A DNA stretch of 64,000 bases from Sphaerodactylus townsendi (taxonomy: Eukaryota), in assembly GCF_021028975.2 (NCBI RefSeq), contig NC_059431.1:37696001-37760000 (forward strand), in the 5' to 3' direction. The notes beneath the pieces are model-generated. The model searched no databases and was not told the origin of the DNA. It worked only from the letters and a program-made list of their open reading frames with translations. Shown here piece by piece: positions 23,587 to 35,500 of the stretch; within the stretch, counting starts at the first letter, position 1, and every line of letters begins with the position of its first letter. The translations under genes and the position numbers were made by a program.

Positions 23587-26500
23587 CTGGCAAGGTAGGA
23601 GAAAAAGCACATGTTAATGGAACTCTTGCTTAACAGGCTGTAGCATTTCTTCTAAACACAAGGAATCCAGTTGCACCACTAGCTGTCAACAAAATAATTT
23701 CAAGTAGAGCAGAGTTTTCATAGGCACCTGCACCAAACAATTTGTAGGAAGGCCAACAGGCTCTTGCCTTTTTAAGCAAACCATTTCAGGTAGTCTTGAA
23801 GACACAACTGGATTCTTCTTAAAAAACAGGGGAGACCCACAGGGGAAATCCCATTTTCATACTTGCTTCCTTCTCTTCCTTCTACTCCCCTTCACATCAC
23901 CCATCATTGCTGTGGCCTCCCCTATCTGCCTTGCTGCAATTGGTGCATCTTCTTCCTTGTGCAGGCCCCCACCTCCTAGGCCCTGTGCCAGAAACTCGTG
24001 GTGGGTGCCTCAGCATGCATTGTGACTGCTATGACAATCCACATGGGTGGCTGAATTTTGGTCAAGGTTTTCCCAACACAATACAAAATGATTTTACTAT
24101 CCAAGCAGGGCCAACTATTAGATACAGTGACAAAACAACTAATTTACAGAATTCTTGAGCATATACTTTTTTATTTTTAATGACACACTCTTTCTGAGCC
24201 TTCCTGTGGACAGCAAAGGAATCTTATTGGCACGGTTCTTCTAAATGCAAGGGATTACATTTTATTCAACTACTACAGGGAGGAGCTAGTGCATTTTGCA
24301 ACTCTGAGCAAAAATAAGAATGGTTTACTTTGATACTGGGTGTTGGATTCAGTTCCCCCAAAATCCTGGCTTTCTTCTCCAGTTATATTTTTAAAAGGCA
24401 AATGTCAAGAGTTTTATCATTGTGAAGGCTGATTTCAGAGAGTGGGAAAGTTTTGACATACAGCAAGTCCAAGGAAAAGGTGCTGCCCGCCTGTTTCTGG
24501 TTCTTACTCCTTTGAGGCCCTAAATGACTTGGGCCCAGGGTACCTGAAGGACAGCCTCCTCCCACACTGTCCAGCCCACCAATGACAATCCTCATCAGAA
24601 GCCCTGCTTTCTGTGCTCCCTCCTGAAGGGGTGAGGCAGGTGGCAATCAGAAAGAGGGGCTTTCAGCACTCCCATGTCTGTGGAATGCCCTTCTCCTTCA
24701 GGCAGTCCTGGTGTATATTAGGGGCCAAACAAAAACATCTTTTTACCCAGGCTTTCAATTAAAAATGGCCCTTAAAAGATGAAACCCTGGTAGTCTGCTT
24801 TTTGTTTTTGAGCCTAAAAACTGTTTTGAGTCTCTACTTTGAGCTGCTCATGACAGTATTTACTACAATGCAAGACTAGGCTTTTTTCTGGTATGCCATT
24901 AACAAAAAGATAAAAAGAGGATCTTACCATCTGCATGCAAGTTATAGTAATGTCCAGCTTTGGGCTTAGAGAGATGCACATAACCCTGGCTAGTATGTGG
25001 ATAAGAGACCTCAAAGGAATAGGGTCATGATGCAGAGGCAAGCAATGGCAAACCACTCCCAAACATCTCTTGCCTTAAAAACCCCTGAATTAACTGTAAC
25101 TTGATGGCAAAAATAGCAACAATTGGAGTGTGGGGGGGGGGGGGACAGAGAGAGTTGTTTTGCATTCAGGGTAGCCTTCCTTTCAAGTAAAGGTGGCATT
25201 CGATACCCTGCTGGATTTTTAATAGTTGCCTTTATTGTGCTATGTATATTATGAAATATATATACTCAATAAATAAATATATACTAAATATATACTCAGT
25301 AAATAAACATCTTTTTAAAAAATCCTCCTCCCTTATGACTAAGACAAGAAGGCATGCTTTTGGCTACCTGGGTGTGAGTCAGTTTTATGAATTAGTGCTG
25401 TTGGAGATTCATACCTACCTATAATCATTTCCGCTACATTTATCAGCACAGGAGCAAATCTCGCATCAGTCACATGCCTGCAAATTAAGTTAAAGAGTTT
25501 TATAACCACAAGGAAAAGTCAAAAACCAGCAAAAACAAGAGGGCAAAGCACTAGGTAAGGAAAAAATTAAAAAAAATTCTGTTAAGTTTTCTAAGCAAAA
25601 CCACCAACTCTCACATACTTCATATCACAAGGGGAATGCTGTGGGAAGCAAGACTGGTTCTAGCTAAAAACTGGAAGACTTCTAGAATCTCAACAATATT
25701 TGAATGGCATGTGAAGATGTTGGAGCTAGTTAAAACTGAGAGGATCGCAGGATATGAAGAAACAGAAGAAAATTATAACTCTAAAATTCAATGGGTTCAA
25801 TGGACTGATTACTTAGACCAAAAATGCAAGACCAAAAATAAGGTATTTAATTTATGACAATATTTATTGTTATATTCAATTATAGTTAGTATGCACTTGC
25901 GGAAGTCAATTCCTAATGTATTGTAATTGTTAAATATCTAAAAGGGGGGGAAAGCTGTAGGACAGGATCCCCAACACGAGGCATGCCAATACCTTTCCTG
26001 GCACCTGACAACTGTTTTTAGAAAGTGGGTGGAACCAGATAGGGCATTTGTCAAGCATGGCTTATGATTGGCTATGCAGATTTTTAAAACAGGTTGTTTT
26101 GGCAGCAGAGGCTGCAACAACACAAGAATCTTCATGTGTGACTGGAGATAAACTGTGGAAACTATTTGGTGGCTGGCTCCACATCCTGTAGCAGTCCTTT
26201 TGCAGCATATATTCTGTGGCTGCACCCACCATGCTGTGTCAGAATTTCAAAGGGACCCACAGGCTCAAAAAGGTCAGAGGGCCCTGCTGTAGGAGAAGGC
26301 AAAGAGAAGTGCTAAGAATCAGATCTGTTGGTTTATATTTCTATCCCAACCTTTCCCAACAAGGTTCAGGGCAGCTTTCCCAACAAGGTCAGGTTCAGGG
26401 CAGCTAGAAAGCAGGGGGAAATGGCTGTAGAGGCCTAGAATTGGAGAAAGGGTGGAACAAAACTGGATGGCAGAATTAGAGCTGAACACCATTAGCAGGA

Positions 26501-29500
26501 AAGCGAGCAAGCAAGAGTAACTTAGGATAAATCCCGGAAGGAAAAGTTCGTCAGTAGCTACTGGCCATTATGACTAAAAGAGAACCTTCTCATTCAACAG
26601 CGCTCATTAAACCTCTGGAATCCAGAGTTAGGAGGCAACATCAAGGGAAAACATTAGCCTTTTTGCCCTGCCGGTCCTCTGGGACAGCTGATTGGCCACA
26701 GTATGAAACAGAACGCTGGGCTTGATGGACCACAGTCTGATCCAGCAACACTCTTATTATCAGCAGCTCAGAGAGCAAGAGGTATTCGACTGCCAGATCT
26801 AGAATTAAGATCCTGACAAAAGAAATCCTGCCAATGACCAAAACATTGTCACAAGGGCCAAAGGTGAGGACAGCAGAGAAGAAGAGAGCTGAATTTTCCA
26901 TGCTGATTTGATCCAACCAACCAATATTTGCCTGCAGCCTTCTGACTTAGCTGTATAAATGATGCTTCTATCAGCAATTGCATTGCTGGGGCAGTGAAAT
27001 GCCAATTTCCATATCCTGGCCTCTCTCACTATTTACACGTGGTCATGAAAGAATTTCTCAAACATTTCTAAGCCTCCTTCAAAACCCTATACTTTGGAAG
27101 CCAAATTTTGCTGTGAAATTGTTCTTGATGTACATCACAACATTTTGGTCCAGAGAGGATCTCCTTGGAAGTTACCTTATCAAGAAACTAAGGAGGACAC
27201 TGAGCTGTTTCTCATCTCGTCCAGCAAGTGCATTTTTCAGTGTGCCTCTGCGATTCAATTCCTGCATGACAGCAACTGTAACTTCAGGCGGATTTGACCG
27301 TACAGGGCCCTGGAAGCACAAAACATTCAATAATGCACCTTTCCAACTGACTGTACTCTTTTACACTAGTCAAGGTTCCTGCTGGCCCAATGGGAGCTTC
27401 TGCAGAATATAAAAGCCAGGATAGATGCAAAGTCAGTATATCAGTTGGCCCAACAACGGCAGGACTTAGCATCTCACACCACAATGGAGGCCCATGAACA
27501 GTCAGTCAATGGGCGCATCATGCAGGAGCACTATCCACCCACAAGGCGAATAGGTGGGGAAACAGCAAATCTCTATAAACCTAGTTCTCCCCATGGAGAA
27601 CTAGTTCTCACAATTGAAAGGGCACATACTGGTTTTCTCCCTCAAGCATCTTAACCTGGAACAACCATAGCAGTGGCACATCACTTGGACTGAAGAGCCC
27701 CATCTCAGACAACCCAGCACAGAGTGAAGTAAGTTCACTGCTTTGCATCCCTTTCTGGCAGGTCCCTCCTCACAACCATTCCCACAGTGCTGTCCCCCCC
27801 CCCTCTCAGCTAGTGGCCACACCAGGGCAGACGTGGGATATGACTCTGTGGTAGACAGTAACACAGAGCTCAGCCAGATAGACGCTCCACCCTGAGACCT
27901 ACCCACTGCCAAGGCTGGCCCCAACGGAGCCTAGAGGCAGCCCACCCAGGCAGCCACTGACCTATAAATCCCTTTACCTATCCAGAACATTATTTTGTTG
28001 CTGCCAAAGGCTCACCTGCCACCTGAGTTGCCAACCATCAAGGAGGTCAGACCACTCCCAGAAGTCCCCACCCCAAGATCCCCTACTAACCAAAGACAAC
28101 CAGTCTGGCAGATAATTTCCATGACCTCACATCTTCCCCCCACCCTGGAACCATTCCAAGACAAAGCTACAGAACCCAGACACCCTGGGACCCAGTAGGT
28201 GCGTAGAAGTTGGATGCTTCATGCACATCCCCATGGCTGCATTTCTGTTCCAGACAGGACCCCTCCAGTGATCTGCCTGAAATCCATCCAGCAGTTGGCA
28301 TCTGGGACTGTCCAAAGCAGCAGCAGACTGGCACAGGCCTCCGCAGAGGATCCTTCCGCACAATCCCCAGAATGACAGCTCTGCCGTCTCACAGATCCAG
28401 TTCGCCCACACACACCAGGGGCACTGAGCTTGGGAGGCGGACAAGGTCCAGGACTGGGGCAGACTTGGGACATACTATGACGGAGTTACTGCAGTGCACA
28501 AGCATGCAGGTACAATACTTTACCAGGAAAACAAAACAACAAAACCAGGAACACAAAACTTCACATAGACACAATTACACAAGATGGAGGAACACGCAGA
28601 GGGGAAATGGCCCACACAACACAGGCACTCCCTATCACCGAGGGCACACTGGCTACTGCCCCCCATGGCACCTTTTGCCCAGCAATGCCTGTAGCAGCTA
28701 CAACTGCCTGTCCTCAACCCTGGCAAGCTGCTGCAGGTGCCCCAGGATGTCCTCCGTTTCCATGGCCTAGCTACAAAACAGCAGGCCCACAACAGCTGGT
28801 GGACTACACTTCATGCCAACCTGCACTTGCTGCATGCAGGTCATCTCCCTCTTTAGACACTGCAGGACAGTTTCCCACTGGTCCAGCAGGGTTCCAAGCA
28901 GTGCTGCCCCCCCAGTACGGCCACGAATGATGGCCCTTTGGGAAGGAATAGGGCATGGTAGGAGCATAGTGCATGGTACTGCCTCTCCTCTCTGCCCTCT
29001 GTGCCCCAGGGAGCCGGTTCTCATGGCAGCTGCCTTGTTGCTGGCTGGTTCCCAACGTCCATCACAGCCACAGCCTGTAATATTGGATCCCTGTAATATC
29101 TTGTTGTGGATGCAACAGTGCCATTGCTGGGAACACCTGTTGGGCCACAGTTTGTGTGGCCCCACAGCAGGAGCATTTGCTCAGCCCTTGTCCCATGTAT
29201 GTTTCCTTTAGAAAACAGACGAGCCTTCAGGACTGCGTTACCTTGTGAAACATGGCCGATGTCTTTACAGACAAGGAAGTGGCCTATTTGTCTGAGAATG
29301 TTAACACCTTGTTACATTATATCTTCCAAAGGATCACCCAAGTAGCATTAGTTTACCTGAAGGACGGCATCCAGGGCCTTGGAAACCTGGAAACTTCTCA
29401 AAAGTCGGTCATATTTTTTCAAGTGATTTCTTACAGGTTTTGAGACAAGGAAATCCTCCTAAAAAGGAAAAGATGACAGTTCAAGACAGAAGCTACAGAA

Positions 29501-32500
29501 AAAAAATCCATCTCATTGTAATATAACTTTTCATTTCATTCATCAACCTTTTATTGGCATAGTTAAAAGAGAAAAAGTAGGAAAAAGAAAAAAATTTTTT
29601 TACAAAATCAGGTTCATAAAAAAGAACGGAATTGCATAGCTTGTAATAAAAATTTTGCAATATCCACTGTTCTTTGTCTTGTCAAAGAAAGCGAACTTCC
29701 CCACTGACAGTTAATGAGGCGACATTCTTAAGGTGTGCATCGAGACAGGAATTCCTCAGAAGAGCATACAGTTCACAATGTAGAAGAATATGACTTGTGG
29801 TTTCAGTCCGCCTCTGGGAACACGGGCATAGTCTTTCATGGGGTGGTATGGACATAAAATGGCCATTTAAGTTCGATGTTGAAAGGATATTAAACCGCAC
29901 TTGCTTCTTAGTTGTGGTGTGATAAGTAGATAAAAGTATGTGGGGAGACACTCATATGTATGGGTAAGCCCATAGCCTAGAGGTGAACAAGTTGTGAAGT
30001 TTGAGGAGAATAGGATCTGTTGTGATATAACTTCTACCTTGATACATGTTTATCTCATCTTTCCACCGAGGTACCCAGAGAAATATACGTAGTTCTCCGC
30101 ATTGTAGCCTCACACTGATTTTGTGAGCAGAGTTGACTGAACGAGATGACTGAGACACAATTCACCTATTGAGCTCCTGCCTCAACATGGATAAAGCAAT
30201 GAGCGCAACCAGAGTCCACTAAAGCTTGCACCAAAGTCTGGAAGGTGGAGGAAGAAATAAGTCGTGGGGAAAGGGAGGGAGGGAGAGATGGGGAGGGGAG
30301 GGAGGGAGAGGGAGGGAGAGGGAAGGAAAGTCTGTGCATCTTGTGTCATATACCTGCTTTGGCATGTAGTTTCTTCCTTTAACAAATGTTCGATATGTGG
30401 GCCTCCTCTTCCTTCTAAAAGGCTGCTTTGCTTCATGTTTTCGATGTTTCACGTTCAGTATGCCATTTGTCATGCCAACAACTAGGGTTTCATCCTCAGG
30501 CTAAATGCAAGAAGAAACAAGTTTGCTGAACTTGGAATTGTAGTCCAGGGATCATTTAGGACATGTTCCCCTATGAAGCTGCCATATATTGACCACTGAG
30601 CTCTGAACTCTCTACTCCACCTGGCAGCAATTCCCCAGAGACAAACTCAGGTATAGTCTAAAGGAACATGGAGCAACTCTGGGGTATGGGTGGAAGATCT
30701 ATCTGGACCCACCCCATGTATCCTGCATTATTCCATGGTGGAGGAAAAGTGGGATATTAATCCCATGAAAGACACAAATGGAGTAAGCAGACAAAGGTCA
30801 TTCCCAGCACCTGCTACCTTTCACTAATGATGCCAGGGACTGAGCCTTGAAACGTCTGCTTGCAACCCATGGGCTCTATACCACTAAAACTTGGAACCAG
30901 TTGTGTTTTTGTTGTGCCTTGATTTAAGAATTGCCTTAGAGAGGAAGTCTAGATAGTTCTCTGTAGAGGGCACTAGCCAAAAGGCAGTCCCTGCATCTGA
31001 AGCAATTCCAAACTCAAAGAGTGAGGGCAAGGAGTTAAAATTAGAAAACATTTACCTTATTCATATAAAATTTATATGTTCAACAATTCTGAGATACTTA
31101 TCAGTGGCCAGAAGGCCTTATACGTACAGCTAATGCGAGACTAAGAATGGATGCCTCATAGACAAAGCTGTGAACCACCTTGTAGGATGTTGTACTGTAT
31201 ACCTTCACGTGCCTGCACAGATAAAAAGATAGTTTACCAAGTAGTTAGGTGACATCTCTGAAGAATTGCACAGAAATTTTAATTTGTACCATTCTGCTAA
31301 TAGCTTGTCATGGTTTGAGAAGCGAGGAAAGATTTTTAGGAGAGCAAAAATGTGTACAGAAGTGCCCATTGATAGTCATGTTCACATATTTGAAGAGATG
31401 TCATGTCGTAGAGCAGTGGTGGCGAACCTATGCCACGGGTGCCACAGGTGGCACTCAGAGTCCTCTCTGTGGGCACGTGTGAACAGAGTTCATCATGTGA
31501 TAATGTAATTATTTCAGGGAGATTATTAGCATTAAACCAAAGACCTAGTTTTGGGGAAGCAGCATAGGTAACCCTGTTAAGCGCTGTTAAAACCCAACTG
31601 ATTTTCATGGGAAGAACTAAAGTGCGATCCTTTACCTGGGAGTAAGCTCAGTTGCTGGAAATGGGGCTTGCTTCTGAGTAAACCCTCCTAGGGGTGTGAT
31701 TCACCCTTTGGAAGAGTTGCACAGTTGCTTCAAAGCAATGCCACTGACTACCACCAAGCTTACTCCCGAGTAACGCGTGCCTTGGAGCCAACCGTTTTTT
31801 CTATACTAAAACCTCAGTATTCAGGTTAAATTGCCATGTTGGCACTTTGCGATAAAAAAGTGGGTTTTGGGTTGCAATTTGGGCACTCGGTCTCAAAAAG
31901 GTTCGCCATCACTGTCGTAGAGGGAGCAAGCTTGTTTTCTGCTGCCTCAGAGACTAGGACACAGAGTTATGGATTCAAGATGAAGGAAAAGAGATTCCAC
32001 CTAAACACTAGGAAGAGCTTCCTGACCATCAGGGCTGTCGGAGTTCACTGCCTCTGAGAGTGGTGGAGTCTCCTTCTTTGAGGATTTTAAACAGAGACTG
32101 GATGAACATATGTCGGGAGTGCTTTTATTGTGCGTTCCTGCATGGCAGGGGTTGGACTTGATGGCCCTTGTGGTCTCTTCCAATTCAATTCTATGATTCT
32201 AACTGAATGTGGATAAAAGATTCCAACAGGCAAACCAACATCATGAAACTTAAAATTCTTGTTTGGCGGCACAACTGCTTTTTCCAAATTCAAGCAAAGA
32301 AGATTCAAGAAGGTGTGTGTTGAAAAGGGTTTCCGGCCAACTCTGCTCCCCTGCTGACTCGTGTCATTAGCAGGTCATTCGAAAGCACGAGAAGCATGTT
32401 CAACAGGAGCATCTGACTGAGGCAGGTTGTGTTCCAGTTTCTGCTTCCTCTTACACCCAAATAGATTGACCGGGACGCAGAAAGCTCCACTTCTATTTAA

Positions 32501-35500
32501 AAATTGTGCCTACACAGAAAAAGAGGCATGGCTGGGCAGGATGGCTGGCTGGCTGGCTGTGCCTCAAGGCCCACACTCAGCCCACCAAAGGTAACCCAAT
32601 TTCTATGTCAAGAAACCCAACATAAATCAGATGTACAAACCATGCATTTGGATGCCTGATCCACTTTTCTCCAAACATGTGGAAGAGGCATGAAGCCCCA
32701 TCCTCTAACCTTTATAACCCCCTCAAATATTTATCAGGCATTGCTCACCTAGCCTTTTTTCCTTTTCTGAAAAATAATCCAAAGTAGACAGCAAGTCCTG
32801 ACATTTGTGGGATTCCAAATGGAACCCCCAAGACTGCATTTGTCACTGGCAAAACACAGGCACAGGATACACAGAACTCCATGCACAAAACCAGGCCCCT
32901 CATAAAAATCCAGGAAGAAAAACAATGAGAAGTACAAACCTATCTAGCGAGCCAGAGAGCAGCCTCTGACCAGAGCTCGTCAGGCACAAACAGGTTACAG
33001 TTTTATGGTGATTTCTCAAGGAGACAAGTAACTGCCCTCCTTTAAGGATATCCCAGATTTTAACATACCGACCCCCTGCAAGAGACAGAACAGTGAGTTG
33101 TTATTTACCCCACCTTTTTCTCCACAAAAAGCAAACTGGAAATAAGACCAGCTAAATTAAGAAAAGTCATATACTTTGATCAGGGTACAGCCAAAACATG
33201 TTTACATAACCAGCTTGGGGTACTTAAACACATGTGGTCTAATCATCAGAGTGTGGGAACAGATAGCCATACATTCCATCTGTAAATTAACTTCCAATGG
33301 TGAAAATAAACAACTTGTGACCCACACCAAGCCATCAGCAATCAACAGCAATTTGGTAGGGCATAGTGTGCTCAACAACTTATTTGCCTTTATAGATAAG
33401 AACAGGCAGAAAAAACAGGAGGTGTACCAGGCTCTTGGTGAACTGATGCACATACATAGTAAGCTGTGGCTCTTCTTGGTGGGTCACAGACTGCACAGGC
33501 GGTTCTCAGAAGCTACAGCGAGACCCTCCTGGAACTGAAGCATTCAGGCATGAATGACGCATAAATTACCACAGTACAGTTTGTCAGTTTGCCTATACTA
33601 CCAATCAGACAAGAACTCTTTGAAGACAGAAATACAAGCAAGCTGCAATACAACAGGAAAAGGAAACCTCGCTGTTTGATAACATACCTGCAGTCACAAG
33701 AAGACCTCCAGAAGGGAAGAGGTTAATACTCTCCACTGGGTGTCCATGTTCTATCGTTACGACGCTTTTTTCTGCCCGGGTATCAAATAATTTCACAGTA
33801 TGATCATATGAGCCTAAAAGACATCCCAGAGAAATAAAATTTGAATCTTTCATGGATGTTAAAGAACAGAATGCTGTTCTATATACAGCCAAATACATTG
33901 TATTGAATCATAAGTGTATTTATCAACACTGTAAATAAGCAGAATCACACTGATCAGAGTGACATAAATTAAACATGAAACACAAGCCAGAAAAAGAAAT
34001 AAGTTTAAAGCAGTCAAACACACAAAAATCACATACCACAAACTATTAAGGCACATAGCCAAACGAAACAAAATACAATGAGTGGCAATAAAGGGGTCAG
34101 AGTAAATGGATGAATTCCACTCGACACAAGTAAGTATAAGTCAAATCCACAAACCTGTTACAAAAAGATTTGCATTCAGCTTACTGGTGCAGCCACACCT
34201 CACATAGTCTGTGTGCTCTCTATAGGTGGTAATTTCGGAGGCAGAAGAAACATCCCACACCTTGGATGAGTAGTCATCGGCTCCAGATACTATTCGGTAT
34301 TTATCAGACAGGAAGCCTGCAACATGTACTGCTCTAAAAAATAAAATCCAAAATGTTCCATCTTAGCTCTCTGCAAAGGTTTTTGTCAAATATGAGAAAT
34401 GTCTATGGAAACAAAGACTTGTACAAGAGCTCTCAGGCCAGGGCCAGGCCTCAGGCCCGGGCCAGGCCTCAGCTCTTCTGCAAAATAAACAAAGCACCAA
34501 TGACCTCCTATCTATACCCTGATGAGCTTATGAAAAAGCTATTTTAAATTTCCTAGGAATGTCACTATTTTTCTCAGCCTAAATACTGGGATACCAATAC
34601 TGGCCTAAATTACCGGCTTGTTGCTGTGCTTATAATGACTGAGAACCCATGATTTTCAACAGACAACAAATCTTTGCAGAATGGCTCTAATAACTGAGTA
34701 AGCAGCAATGTACATTTGAAATTTAACAGCTTAAATTAACAGCTTAAAATTTGCTGCTTAAATTAACACACAGTGGCTACAATTGACAAGCTATTAATTT
34801 CAGAATAACAATAAAGCTGGACACCGCAATGCGTGTAACTAAACTGTGATCTCTTACTTGGTATGGCCCTCAAACTGTCTCAGCGCTGATCTCCCACCAA
34901 TGTCAAAGAGTCGAATGCTGCCATCTTCGCAGCCAGCAACCAACAGCTTTCCATCGTCTCTATAAGTAGCACCGTATGCAACGTCTTTGAATCGAGAGAA
35001 TGTTTTGATTGGCTCCTGTGAGTATCGGCCATAAATGTGAATCTAAAACAAAATAACTTACATTTGTCAGCTAATGTTAAGAGGAAAAGCAGCTGGAGAA
35101 GGCTTGGAGCATGACTCTGGATGTGGAATAATCCATCCATGTTCAGCAAAATGCTCCTCAAGAGGGGAAGGATAGAAGAGAAAGTGGGCAGTAGTGTAAT
35201 CCCAGGAAAGGGCAGAATGAGCTACTAGAAAAACACACACTGCACCCTTACATGGGGTTACTCTAAAGGAAAGAGAGCCACTTATAAAAGGGTGGAGAAA
35301 GGGGGAAGGAAGAAAATGATGCCTCTAAGGATAGTCCTTTCTTTTTCTCCATTAAGATGACAGGCAACCATTCAGCAAAGGTTTATACTAAGCCACATGA
35401 CTGAGATCTGGGCTACCCCTGTAAAACTTGGTTTTTGTCCTTCCCCAGACTCTTGCCTCTAGCACCCCATTTCACTGTGGCCCACAGAACTTAATGAGAG

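Noticed and set aside
26350-26403. Short tandem duplication (ctttcccaacaagg...cagggcag), with similar ones at ~37045 and ~25255
   Set aside because: Ordinary slippage duplications with no further structure.
28210-29211. 186-aa and 132-aa ORFs as a nested gene in UTP15
   Set aside because: No domain signature or splice structure; ORFs occur in all frames, as expected from GC-rich composition.
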